Shown here: positions 8,821-18,777 of the stretch, in pieces
How the letters are laid out: each line of letters starts with the position of its first letter
Numbering within the stretch: the first letter of the stretch is position 1
Assembly (NCBI GenBank): GCA_032250835.1
Contig: JAVVEA010000003.1
Span: forward strand, 121,458 to 185,457
Origin: a bacterium
Lineage (GTDB): Bacteria; SAR324; XYD2-FULL-50-16
Length of the DNA: 64,000 nt
Reading direction: 5' to 3'
The notes under the pieces: model-generated
What the model was told of the DNA's origin: nothing
The model's input: the letters and a program-made list of their open reading frames with translations, nothing else
Databases searched by the model: none
Made by a program: the position numbers and the translations under genes

Positions 8821-10393
8821 TCGTTTCTTTAAAGCATGGCTGTGGTTGGGTTGTTTCTGCTTGCTCCCTCTGGGTGCGGCCCAGGCCCAAATGAACGCCA
8901 TTGACCCCGAGATCCTCAAGGAACTGAAACTGGTCCAAAGGGACGGGCAAGACCTGCTGCAAATCAGCCTCAAGGCGGTTTTGAAAATCGCCCAAGACCG
9001 AGCCCCCCAATTGGCGGTAATCGCCAATCAGTTAGAGGCCGCTAGGCGCAATCAAGAAGCAAATCAAGGGGTTGAACCGGTGTTATGGACCTCTAGCGCC
9101 CAGCAAAACCGTTCGGTCAGCCCTTCGAGCTTTTTGTTGACCGGTGCCACCGGTGCCTCGGACTACCTGAGCTTAACGGGCAGCAACCAGCAGGTCCTTT
9201 CGACGGGCTTGAGCCATAAAACTAAATGGGGCCTTAAGTACGGCCTCACCTACCAACGGGCCAGCAGCTTAACCCAGTTCTCTTCGATTGCCGCCGCCGG
9301 AGACGCCGCCGGGGATTGGAGCGACTATGACCAAACTATTTATTCCGACGCCTTAGTGGCCGAGGCAACCTTGCCTTTGCTGAAGGGGTTTGGTGAGGTC
9401 AACCGCGACGGGGAACGCCGGGCCGAGGCTAACTACCGCGCCACCAGCCTACAAGGTGACTTAAGCACCCGCGACCTGTTGGGGCAGATTGCCTCGATCT
9501 ATTGGGATTTGGTGGGGGTGCACGAAAGCATCAAGGCGCTCAAACATTCCTTAGAGTTAGCCCGCCAGTTCCACCAAGACAACTTGGTGCGTTTCCGATT
9601 AGGTGCCATCGACGCCACCGAGGTCAAGCTGAGCGAGACCCAACGGGCCCTGGCCGAACGCAATCTGCTTTCGGCGCAGATCGACCGCCAACAGATTGAA
9701 GACCAAATCCGCATCATTTTGGGGCTTAAAGACCTGGACGTGGCCTACGAACCCACCGAAGTACCCCAGCTCAAGCCGGTGCCCGGCAACCGCAAGGAAC
9801 TGGTCGAAAAGGCCCTGGCCACCGATCCTTCGGTGAAGCTCTACAAAGAACAAATCGAGCTAAACCGCCTCGACGAAATCCAAGCCAAGGACCGGCTTTC
9901 GTCTAGCCTCGACTTCGGGCTTAAGTACCAGCTCAACGGCTTCGGCAAAGACACCAGCACCGCCACTTCCAGCCTGGGTGACGCTGGTTTGGTCGGCTAC
10001 AGCGTGGGATTGACTTGGTCGGTGCCGCTCTTTGACCGCCGCCCCAACGAAAAATTGGCTCAGGTGCGTTTAGAACGCGACAGCTTAGAAACCCAATACA
10101 TTGACGCCAAGGACCAACTTCAAGCCAACCTGGGGGCGGTATTGCGCCGCTTGGAGCTGGGCCGCCAGTCCATTGAGTTGGCCCAAGTGGGGGCGGAATT
10201 GAACCAAGAGCTGTACCAGAAGGAACGCGCGAGGTTCCGGTTGGGCAACACCACTAGCTACCGGGTCGATCAAGTCCGCCAGGACATGCTTGACAGTGAG
10301 ATCAGCTTGGCTCAAGCGAAGATTGCCTACGAAAAAACCTACCTACAGTTGATGCTGTTAACCGACCAGTTTGAGGCCCATTATGAATTATAA
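8810..10393 (+). CDS. TolC family outer membrane efflux protein
   Basis: Signal peptide, paired OEP repeats (RFRLGAID / RFRLGNTT), position before MFP and RND genes. Confidence 0.88.
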   Translation: MPVDRFFKAWLWLGCFCLLPLGAAQAQMNAIDPEILKELKLVQRDGQDLLQISLKAVLKIAQDRAPQLAVIANQLEAARRNQEANQGVEPVLWTSSAQQNRSVSPSSFLLTGATGASDYLSLTGSNQQVLSTGLSHKTKWGLKYGLTYQRASSLTQFSSIAAAGDAAGDWSDYDQTIYSDALVAEATLPLLKGFGEVNRDGERRAEANYRATSLQGDLSTRDLLGQIASIYWDLVGVHESIKALKHSLELARQFHQDNLVRFRLGAIDATEVKLSETQRALAERNLLSAQIDRQQIEDQIRIILGLKDLDVAYEPTEVPQLKPVPGNRKELVEKALATDPSVKLYKEQIELNRLDEIQAKDRLSSSLDFGLKYQLNGFGKDTSTATSSLGDAGLVGYSVGLTWSVPLFDRRPNEKLAQVRLERDSLETQYIDAKDQLQANLGAVLRRLELGRQSIELAQVGAELNQELYQKERARFRLGNTTSYRVDQVRQDMLDSEISLAQAKIAYEKTYLQLMLLTDQFEAHYEL

Positions 10394-11420
10394 AGCCCTC
10401 GGGGTTTTGCTGGCCGCCCTTTGGTGCCAAAATGCGCTGGCCCAAGAGCCCCCAGCCAAGCGCTTGCCTAACGTGGAAGTGTTGGTGTTAGCTCCGCGTC
10501 CGCTAACCCATTATTCCACCTACATGGGCCATATTGAACCGATGGAGCGGGCGAGCCTCAGCGCCGAATTGGCGGGCACCGTTGAGTCGGCTGATTTTGT
10601 CGAAGGGCAGTCGGTCAAGAAGGGGCAAATCTTGGTGCAGATCGAAACCAAGCGTCTGGGCCTCAACTTTCGGTTAGCTCGCTCCAATTATGAGCTGGCC
10701 CGAGACGAATTTGAGCGCGAGGCGCAGCTCTTTAAAAATAACTTAAGCAACCAAGCCAAATTGACCCAAGCCAAAAACCGCCAGGAAGTGGCCCAAGTAC
10801 AGATGGAATTGGCCCAGTTGGACTTGGACAAAAGCCAAGTCAGTGCGCCCTTTGACGGGGTGGTCTCGAAGAAGTCGGTGGACCGGGGCGAATATCTAGG
10901 CAAAGGGGCCCCGATGTTGGAGGTGTTGAGCCTGTCTAAGGTTAAGGCCAAGGTCAACGTGCCGGAGCGGGAAATCGGCTATGTCGCCCCAGGACGCAAA
11001 GTGGTGGTCACGCTCGACGCGCTGGGGGACCGGGTCTTTGAAGGCCAGATCCAGTCTTTGGGCCTCGAAGCGGACTCAAAAAGCCGCAGCTTCCCGGTGG
11101 AAGTGGTGGTTGATAACCCGCAGCAGGCCCTGTTGGCGGGTATGTTGGCGAGGGTGAAGATGGTCACCATGAACTTAGAAAAGCAGGTGATCATCCCGCG
11201 TGATGCGATCATGGAAGACGAGACCGGTTCTTATGTTTTTGTGCTCGGCGGGGGGATGGTGGTCCGTCGGCCCGTTTTGAGCGGTATCGCCTTGGGTGAC
11301 GAGGTACAGGTTAAAAAGGGGTTGGCCTTTGGTGACCGTTTGGTGGTGGTGGGCCAACAGTTGGTCACTCATCAGGAGCCGGTAAAGGTGCTAAAGTCGA
11401 TGAACCAAGCAGGCCAGTAA
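10383..11420 (+). CDS. RND efflux periplasmic adaptor (membrane fusion protein)
   Basis: Lipoyl-like GQSVKKGQILV and SAPFDGVV motifs flanking an alpha-hairpin. Confidence 0.92.
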   Translation: MNYKALGVLLAALWCQNALAQEPPAKRLPNVEVLVLAPRPLTHYSTYMGHIEPMERASLSAELAGTVESADFVEGQSVKKGQILVQIETKRLGLNFRLARSNYELARDEFEREAQLFKNNLSNQAKLTQAKNRQEVAQVQMELAQLDLDKSQVSAPFDGVVSKKSVDRGEYLGKGAPMLEVLSLSKVKAKVNVPEREIGYVAPGRKVVVTLDALGDRVFEGQIQSLGLEADSKSRSFPVEVVVDNPQQALLAGMLARVKMVTMNLEKQVIIPRDAIMEDETGSYVFVLGGGMVVRRPVLSGIALGDEVQVKKGLAFGDRLVVVGQQLVTHQEPVKVLKSMNQAGQ

Positions 11421-11429
11421 AGGGGTTTT

Positions 11430-14400
11430 ATGAGATTTCTGCCCAGTGATTTAGCGATCCGGCGGCCCGCATCGGTGTATATCTTCATCTTCATCTTGGT
11501 GATCATGGGGTTTAGCGCCTATGAGGCCCTTCCGCGCGAATCCGCCCCGGATGTGCAAATCCCCTTGTTGATCGTGACCATCCCTTATCCAGGGGCGAGC
11601 CCCGAAGACGTGGAAGCGCTGATCACCCATAAGGTGGAAAATGAGTTACAGGGTTTAGACAACCTAAAAAAGCTCAAAAGCACCTCTACCGAGGGGGCCG
11701 CGATGATCACCCTAGAATTCCATCTAGGCTTTGACATCGACGACGCCCGCACCAAGACGCGCGAGGGTTTGGATAAGGTCATGCCCGAGTTGCCTAGCGA
11801 CGCCGAAGACGCGATCATCTCGGAAGTGAACCTCTCGGAGCGACCGATCTTGATCGTCAACTTGGCGGGTAAATATGACCTGTTCCAACTCAAAGAAATT
11901 GCCGAAGACCTCAAGGACCGCCTCGAGGGTATCCCCGGCGTTTTGGAAGTCAAGCGCGCTGGCGGCTTAGAGCGGGAAGTCCAGGTCTCGGTAGACCCGG
12001 AAAAACTGAACTATTACAGCCTAGACCTCAACCAAGTCAGCAACACCATCTCTAACGAGAACAAAACCATCCCCGCTGGTGATCTGACCTTAGGCAGCAT
12101 GAAATACATGATCCGCGTCCCCGGCGAGATCGAACAGCCCGATGAGATCCGCGAGATGGTGGTTTCTGCGCCCAATCAGGTGCCCATCTACATCAAAGAC
12201 GTGGCTCAGGTTCGCTTCGGCTTTAAAGAGGTGACCAGCCGCTCTAGGCTCAATGGCATGGACTCCGTCAGCTTGAGTGTCTCTAAGAAGAGCGGCGAAA
12301 ACATCATCTTTATCGCCGACCGGGTCCGCGAGATTATCGCCGAAGAACAGGAACGCCAGGGTGACAGCCTCCAATTCACCATCTTAAACGATGAATCCAA
12401 ACGCATCCGCAGCATGGTCAGCGATTTGGAAAACAACATCTATACGGGCCTGATCTTTGTGGTGGGGTCGTTGATGTTGGTGATGGGATTGGCTACCAGC
12501 CTCTTTATTGGGGTGGCCATCCCCATCAGCATGTTGCTGAGCTTTATTGTGCTTAGTTGGGCGGGGATCACCCTGAACTTTGTGGTGCTCTTCTCCTTGA
12601 TGCTGGCTTTGGGGATGTTGGTGGACAATGCTATTGTGGTGGTCGAAAATATCTACCGGCATATGGAACAAGGCCTAACGCCCATTGAAGCCGCCCAGGT
12701 CGGGGTTGGTGAGGTGGCCGTTCCGGTGATCACCTCCACCTTGACTACCTTAGCGGCTTTTATGCCGCTGTTGTTTATGCCCGGTATTGCCGGGGATTTT
12801 ATGTCTTACCTGCCCAAGACCCTGATCATCACCCTGACGGCGTCGCTCTTTGTGGGGTTGATCCTCAACCCGGTCTTCTGTTCGACCTTGATGCGGTCTC
12901 ACGGCACCCACCACGAGGCAACCCCAGACGAGATGGCCGCTAAGAGCCGGATTCTAAAAGTCTACCGCAAAAGTCTCGAATGGGCCTTGGACAATCGCTG
13001 GAAGGTGATGGGGATTGTGGTGGTCGCCTGGATTGCTATGGCGGGAATCTATTTTGCCTTGGTCTTGCCTAAGGCCGGGGTGGAGTTTTTCCCCTCCTCA
13101 GAGCCCGGTTCGGCGACTTTGCATGTAGAGGCCCCCTTCGGCAGCACCCTTGAAACCTCGGACCATCTGGTCCAAGAGATCGAAAAGGACTTAGAAAAAT
13201 ATTACGACCATACCGAAGCGATTGTGGCCAATGTGGGCCAGCGCCAAGGCAGCAGCGGTCAGGGCGGACGCGAGACCCACAACAGCCACATCACTCTGTC
13301 TTTCCCAGACTGGCAAGAGCGGACCAAGCAGCCTAGCGAGATCATGAACGAGATCCGGGCCAGCCTGGACCAATATTCGGGCGCTCTGCTGCGCCTGACT
13401 AAACCCCAGGGCGGCCCGCCGACGGGAAAGCCGATCAACCTGGAAATCTCGGGTCCCGATTCGGCCCAACTCAAGCGGTTGTCCTTGACGGTTCAGTCGA
13501 AGATTAAGGACCTCAAAGGCTTGGTTAACTTAGAAGACGACATGTCGGCGACCCGCTCGGAGATTCAGGTTCTGATGGATCGCCAGAAATTGGCCCAGTC
13601 TGGCCTGAGCACTTCTCAGGTGGCCAACATCATCCGCACCGCCTTTAATGGGCGCGAGGTGTCCACCTGGCGGGTGGGTAAAGATGAATATGATATTGTG
13701 GTCCGTTTAGACCCTCGTTACCGGACCAATATTACGGACATCCAGGGGCTTTATATCAAGACCCCGGCGGGCGACAGCATCGCCTTAAGCGAGTTGGCGG
13801 AGATCAAGACCGCCGCCGCTAAAGGCTCGATCCGCCACATTGGCCTCAAAACGGTGATCACCGTCAGCGCCGATGCCGAAGGCGTACCGGGAGCCACCTT
13901 GTTGGGTCAAGTGCGTGACCGCTTAGAGGGCTTCGAGCTGCCCAAGGGGTATTTGATCAACTATACGGGCGAAAACGAGGCGCAACAGGAGATGCAGAGC
14001 TATCTCGGGAAGAGCTTTATGATTGCTATCTTCCTGATATTCCTAATCCTTGTGACTCAGTTTAATTCGGTCTATTTGCCCTTCATTATCCTCAGTTCCG
14101 TCTTTTTGTCCTTGATGGGGGTGTTTCTGGGCTGGACCCTGCACTTTAGCCCGCTGTCGATCATGATGGGCGGGATAGGCATCATTTCATTGGCCGGTGT
14201 GGTGGTGAATAATGCCATTGTTTTGATCGACTATATCGGCCAAATGCGCGCCGAAGGGCGGGATATGCGCGAGGCGGTGGTGCTCTCGGGCATGCTGCGG
14301 TTGCGTCCGGTGATGATGACCGCCGTGACCACTATTTTGGGCTTGATCCCTATTGTGTTGGGCATGGACATCAACTTTTACCGCCCCGGTATCGTCTCCT

Positions 14401-14849
14401 TCGGTTCCGACTCGGCCCAGATGTGGCAGCCCATGGCCCGCTCGGTGGTTTACGGCTTGGCGGTGGCTACGCTGCTGACGTTGATCGTGGTGCCGGTGAT
14501 CTATTCACTGATCGAGTCCTTTAAGGATGCCAGTGGCCGGGCGGCCAAACAGGTGGGGCGGCAGGTGGCACAGCCGATGGGACGGCTCAGAGAGGCCCTA
14601 CCTGATTTTAGCCTAAGCGGGGCGGCCGAACGGATGTTTAATGGCTCCCAACAAAAGACCGCCAGCCCGCGTGCCGCCGCAGACGAGGAACCCTACCAGA
14701 GTGAAGCGCCTGAGGCGGAGGTCTCGGCGTCACCGGATCCTAGTAAGACCCCAGAACCCGGGCCGCCCGAGGCCCCCGCACCCGGCCAAAGCACCCAGGC
14801 GGGTCCAGGGAAGATTAAATTGCCCGACTGGCTTAAACGAAAGGACTGA
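11430..14849 (+). CDS. RND efflux permease (AcrB/AcrD/AcrF family) with Pro-rich C-terminal tail
   Basis: GMLVDNAIVVVENI, GVVVNNAIVLID and RLRPVMMT motifs. Confidence 0.95.
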   Translation: MRFLPSDLAIRRPASVYIFIFILVIMGFSAYEALPRESAPDVQIPLLIVTIPYPGASPEDVEALITHKVENELQGLDNLKKLKSTSTEGAAMITLEFHLGFDIDDARTKTREGLDKVMPELPSDAEDAIISEVNLSERPILIVNLAGKYDLFQLKEIAEDLKDRLEGIPGVLEVKRAGGLEREVQVSVDPEKLNYYSLDLNQVSNTISNENKTIPAGDLTLGSMKYMIRVPGEIEQPDEIREMVVSAPNQVPIYIKDVAQVRFGFKEVTSRSRLNGMDSVSLSVSKKSGENIIFIADRVREIIAEEQERQGDSLQFTILNDESKRIRSMVSDLENNIYTGLIFVVGSLMLVMGLATSLFIGVAIPISMLLSFIVLSWAGITLNFVVLFSLMLALGMLVDNAIVVVENIYRHMEQGLTPIEAAQVGVGEVAVPVITSTLTTLAAFMPLLFMPGIAGDFMSYLPKTLIITLTASLFVGLILNPVFCSTLMRSHGTHHEATPDEMAAKSRILKVYRKSLEWALDNRWKVMGIVVVAWIAMAGIYFALVLPKAGVEFFPSSEPGSATLHVEAPFGSTLETSDHLVQEIEKDLEKYYDHTEAIVANVGQRQGSSGQGGRETHNSHITLSFPDWQERTKQPSEIMNEIRASLDQYSGALLRLTKPQGGPPTGKPINLEISGPDSAQLKRLSLTVQSKIKDLKGLVNLEDDMSATRSEIQVLMDRQKLAQSGLSTSQVANIIRTAFNGREVSTWRVGKDEYDIVVRLDPRYRTNITDIQGLYIKTPAGDSIALSELAEIKTAAAKGSIRHIGLKTVITVSADAEGVPGATLLGQVRDRLEGFELPKGYLINYTGENEAQQEMQSYLGKSFMIAIFLIFLILVTQFNSVYLPFIILSSVFLSLMGVFLGWTLHFSPLSIMMGGIGIISLAGVVVNNAIVLIDYIGQMRAEGRDMREAVVLSGMLRLRPVMMTAVTTILGLIPIVLGMDINFYRPGIVSFGSDSAQMWQPMARSVVYGLAVATLLTLIVVPVIYSLIESFKDASGRAAKQVGRQVAQPMGRLREALPDFSLSGAAERMFNGSQQKTASPRAAADEEPYQSEAPEAEVSASPDPSKTPEPGPPEAPAPGQSTQAGPGKIKLPDWLKRKD

Positions 14850-15012
14850 TTATGCCCCGTACCGTACCCGTTTGGTATTCGCCGACGCCTAAAGGGGTCT
14901 CTTTGTGGTTTTTTGCCATCGTGGTAGGGGTAGTTTGGCTCGTGAAGGCCCCTGGTCGTTTGCTGAAAAGGCTGTATCGGGCACCGATGTTCTGGTTTTA
15001 AAGGGAGGGGGG

Positions 15013-16131
15013 ATGAGTGAGCGGTTTGAAGTACGCGAGGTTTTTAACCTCAAGGTGGTGCAAGAACAAGCGCAAAGGTTCTTAAAAGCTTGGCCGCTTT
15101 TTGACGCCCAGGGCTTTGTGGAATCGGTAACACCCCAGTTGCCGCCCCTAGGCTTTAAAGAACGGGCCGAAGTGATTGTGCGGGGTCTAGAGGCCTATTT
15201 GCCGGGGGATTTTCTGCAAGCCTTAGACATCTTGGTCGCCGCCTTGCCGCCGAAGATCGAGGGTGAAAACCTGGAAGGATACGGCGGCTTTATCTGTTGG
15301 CCTTTAGGCGATTGGATTGCCCAACACGGCCAGGACCACTTCGAGGCGTCCATGCAGGCGCTTTACCGGTTGACCCAGAGCTTTTCAGCCGAAGGAGCGA
15401 TCCGCCCCTTCTTGACCCAACAACCCGAGGCGACTTTAAAGATTTTGACCCAATGGGCCCAGGACCCTAACCCCCATGTGCGGCGTTTGGTCAGTGAGGG
15501 CACCCGCCCGCGTTTGCCCTGGACTCCGGCGTTGCCGCAGTACAAAAAAGACCCCCGCCCCTTGTTTAGCCTACTTGAAGCCCTCAAGGAGGACCCGGCT
15601 TTGTTGGTGCGCCGTTCGGTGGCCAACCACCTCAATGATGTCAGCAAAGACCACCCGGACTTGGCGGTTGAACTCCTGTCGCGGTGGCACCAGCAGGGTC
15701 CCAGCGAACGGGTCCGCTGGATCACTGGCCATGCCTTACGCACCCTGATAAAAAAAGGGCACCCCGGTGCCTTGGGATTGATGGGCTTTGAGGCTCAACC
15801 TCAGGTCAGCCTGGATTGGTTGCAGCGACCAGAGGACCTTAAAATTGGCGAGGAAATGCGCTTCTCTTTCCGACTTAAGTCAAAAGCTAAAACCCAGCAA
15901 AAACTAGTCATTGATTTTGCGGTAGGCTTCTGCAAAGCAAAGGGGCAATTGGCGGACAAGATGTTTAAACTCGCCGTACGGGACTTAGAACCGGGCGCTT
16001 CGGTGGAACTGAGCAAAGGTTTGGTCTTAGCCCAGCGCAGCACCCGCAAGCTGTATCCTGGTGCACACCGGCTTTCGGTTTGGGTCGGCGGGCAAGAGGT
16101 GGGCACTTGTAGCTTTAATTTGGAGGCCTGA
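15013..16131 (+). CDS. DNA alkylation repair protein (AlkC/AlkD-like HEAT repeat)
   Basis: VRRLVSEGTRPRLPW and VRRSVANHLNDVSKDHPD motifs; strong RBS before ATG 15013. Confidence 0.85.
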   Translation: MSERFEVREVFNLKVVQEQAQRFLKAWPLFDAQGFVESVTPQLPPLGFKERAEVIVRGLEAYLPGDFLQALDILVAALPPKIEGENLEGYGGFICWPLGDWIAQHGQDHFEASMQALYRLTQSFSAEGAIRPFLTQQPEATLKILTQWAQDPNPHVRRLVSEGTRPRLPWTPALPQYKKDPRPLFSLLEALKEDPALLVRRSVANHLNDVSKDHPDLAVELLSRWHQQGPSERVRWITGHALRTLIKKGHPGALGLMGFEAQPQVSLDWLQRPEDLKIGEEMRFSFRLKSKAKTQQKLVIDFAVGFCKAKGQLADKMFKLAVRDLEPGASVELSKGLVLAQRSTRKLYPGAHRLSVWVGGQEVGTCSFNLEA

Positions 16132-16502
16132 TGGCGGTAAGTCAGGATTTTTTGGATTATTGTCTAGATCAGTTCGCCGAAATGCCGGAGTTGACTTTTA
16201 AGCGCATGTTTGGCGGGGCGGGGCTTTACTCTCAGGGCGTGATCTTTGCCGCACTCAGCGATGACCGCATTTTTTTGCGCACCGACCCCTTGAACTTAGC
16301 GGCTTATCAAGCCGAAGGGGCCGAGGCCTTTGCTCCGATGTCCGGCTCGAAGATGCCTTACCACGAACTCCCGCCGCAGGTGTTAGAAAACCCGGCATCA
16401 GCGCTCCAGTGGGGGCTCGAAGCCTATCAAGCGAGTTTGCGCAACCAGCAGCCCAAGGCGAAGAAAAAAGGGCTCAAGGTTAGGGGGCCTAGGCATAGCT
16501 AG
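16131..16502 (+). CDS. TfoX/Sxy N-terminal domain protein
   Basis: KRMFGGAGLY motif; MPYHELPPQVLE. Confidence 0.85.
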   Translation: MAVSQDFLDYCLDQFAEMPELTFKRMFGGAGLYSQGVIFAALSDDRIFLRTDPLNLAAYQAEGAEAFAPMSGSKMPYHELPPQVLENPASALQWGLEAYQASLRNQQPKAKKKGLKVRGPRHS

Positions 16503-16556
16503 CCAAGTCGCAAATGCTTTGCTAGAATTAAGGATAAACTCTTTAAAGGCGAATTT

Positions 16557-16811
16557 ATGTGGCGTGGTCTGTTGACATCTCTGGTCCTATGGTCGGCGTT
16601 GAGTAGCGATGCTCTGGCGGTCAATTGGTCTAAGGCGATGCAGATGTATTATGAAGACTTCAACCCGATGAACGAAATCTTAGCGACCCTCGGCTTGATA
16701 GTGGTCGTGGTCGGCGGTGGTTTTTTGTTTTCCCGTTGGCGCGCCAAGCGCCGCGAAGAGCGGATTGCCAGACTCAAACAAGATAAAAAAGACTTCCACG
16801 ACGCCCTGTAA
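16557..16811 (+). CDS. Small membrane protein, hypothetical
   Basis: Signal-like N-terminus, one TM helix, basic tail; fills the gap before the ABC-F gene. Confidence 0.6.
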   Translation: MWRGLLTSLVLWSALSSDALAVNWSKAMQMYYEDFNPMNEILATLGLIVVVVGGGFLFSRWRAKRREERIARLKQDKKDFHDAL

Positions 16812-16825
16812 CGGTCCCCCTCCTT

Positions 16826-18619
16826 ATGTCTCTATTGGTTTCCTGCCGAGCCGTGGAAAAGGCCTTCGGTTCTGAGCCTCTGTTTAGCGGTATCTCGCTG
16901 GGCATCCATCAAGGCGAAAAAATGGGCCTGATCGGCTCCAACGGCTCAGGAAAGTCCACGCTGATGAAGATCTTTGCGGGCCTGATCCCACCCGACGAAG
17001 GCGAGGTGGTCTTCCGTAAGGGGCTCCAAACCGGTTGGCTGGCGCAGTCCGAGGCCTTTGGGGCCGAGGCCACCGTGGGCAGCGAACTGGCGGCGGTATT
17101 AGCCCCTTTGGACTTAGACCCCGAAATCCAGGCCGACAAGATCAGCGCCTGGATCAGCGAGGCCGGTTTTAGCGGGGCCGAGCAGTTGGCCAGCAGCCTC
17201 TCGGGGGGCTACAAAAAGCGCCTGTCCATTGCCAAGGCGCTGATCACCGAGCCCGACCTATTGCTGCTCGACGAGCCGACCAACCACTTGGACTTAGAGG
17301 GCATCCTTTGGCTTGAGCAGCTGCTGCGTCAAGCGACCTTCGCCTTTGTCTTGATCAGCCACGACCGCCAACTTTTAGAGCGGGTGCCCCAGCGGATGAT
17401 CGAGCTGGGCGGGCACTACCCTGAGGGCTTCCTGGCCGTTGAGGGGCATTGGTCCGACTTTTTAAGCGCCAAAGAAAAATTTCTAGAAGACCAAATCAGC
17501 CGTCAGGCCGTCTTGTCCAATAAATTAAGGCGCGAGAAGGAATGGCTCAGCCGGGGCCCCAAGGCGCGCAGCACCAAAGCCCGCTACCGGATCGATGAGG
17601 CCGGAAGGCTTGACGCCGAACTACGGATGTTAAAGGGCTTAAACCGCCCTAGACCCAAATTAGACTTGGATTTTGTGGCCACCGGCCGCCAGACCCGTCG
17701 CCTCTTAGAGGCCTATAATTTGGGCCTGGAAATGGGCGGGCGGCGGCTCTTTTCGAAGGTCGCTTTTAAACTGACCAACGGCAGTCGATTAGGGCTTTTG
17801 GGCCAGAACGGCTGTGGCAAAACCAGCCTGCTGCGGGCCTTGCAAAACCAACTCAAGCCCATAGAAGGCAGCATCAAAACCGCCGAAGACCTACGCATCG
17901 AGGTCTTTGACCAACACCGCGAATTGCTCGACCCAGACCTGCCGCTACGCAACGCTTTGAGCGAAACCGGCGAGTCGGTGGTTTATCAGGGCAAGGAATT
18001 ACATATCGTCACCTGGGCCAAGAAGTTTCTCTTTGATCCCAGCCAGCTTGAGCTACCGGTCGGCCAGCTTTCGGGTGGTGAGCAGGCGCGGGTCCAGATT
18101 GCCCGGTTGATGTTGCGCCCCGCCGATTTGTTGCTGCTTGATGAGCCGACCAACGACCTGGACATCCCGGCCTTAGAGGTCTTAGAAGAAAGCATTCAGG
18201 AGTTTAACGGGGCGGTGGTCTTGGTGACCCACGACCGGGCCCTGCTCAACCGCGTGGCCACCCAAATCTTGGGCCTGGGGGTCGCCGAGCCCCAGCTTTA
18301 CGCGGATTTTGACCAATGGTTTGCCGCCCAGGTTCCTGCGGCCCCTTTGGGCGCGCCCGCCGCGGCTTCGGCACAGAAGCCTAAGAAGAGCAGCGGTGGC
18401 TTGAGCTTTGCCGAGCAGAAGGAACTGAGCAAGATGCAAGGGCGCATCGAAAAGGCCGAAATGGAAATCAGCGAGATGGAAGCCCGCTTGGCCGCTCCAG
18501 AAATGGCCCAAGACCACGGAGCTTTAGAGACCCATTGGGCCGAGTTGACCTCGGCCAAGTCTCGTCTAGAAGGGCTCTACGCCCGTTGGGCCGAGTTGGA
18601 AGCTAAGGATGATCGCTGA
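16826..18619 (+). CDS. ABC-F family ATPase, Uup-like
   Basis: Two ABC domains (GSNGSGKS / GQNGCGKT, LDEPTN twice), WLSRGPKARSTK linker, C-terminal coiled coil. Confidence 0.9.
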   Translation: MSLLVSCRAVEKAFGSEPLFSGISLGIHQGEKMGLIGSNGSGKSTLMKIFAGLIPPDEGEVVFRKGLQTGWLAQSEAFGAEATVGSELAAVLAPLDLDPEIQADKISAWISEAGFSGAEQLASSLSGGYKKRLSIAKALITEPDLLLLDEPTNHLDLEGILWLEQLLRQATFAFVLISHDRQLLERVPQRMIELGGHYPEGFLAVEGHWSDFLSAKEKFLEDQISRQAVLSNKLRREKEWLSRGPKARSTKARYRIDEAGRLDAELRMLKGLNRPRPKLDLDFVATGRQTRRLLEAYNLGLEMGGRRLFSKVAFKLTNGSRLGLLGQNGCGKTSLLRALQNQLKPIEGSIKTAEDLRIEVFDQHRELLDPDLPLRNALSETGESVVYQGKELHIVTWAKKFLFDPSQLELPVGQLSGGEQARVQIARLMLRPADLLLLDEPTNDLDIPALEVLEESIQEFNGAVVLVTHDRALLNRVATQILGLGVAEPQLYADFDQWFAAQVPAAPLGAPAAASAQKPKKSSGGLSFAEQKELSKMQGRIEKAEMEISEMEARLAAPEMAQDHGALETHWAELTSAKSRLEGLYARWAELEAKDDR

Positions 18620-18777
18620 GTTCCTCAAGGGGCTCGCTAGGCGGTAGAGTAAATACCAGATAAAACAATCGGTTAGCTAACTGATTTTGGAAGGGCCCTT
18701 GACGGTTCCCCTTTAGGGGTTCTATCTCATGGGCTTACCTAATCTATACTATATATATCAACCTCCATATTGACCCT

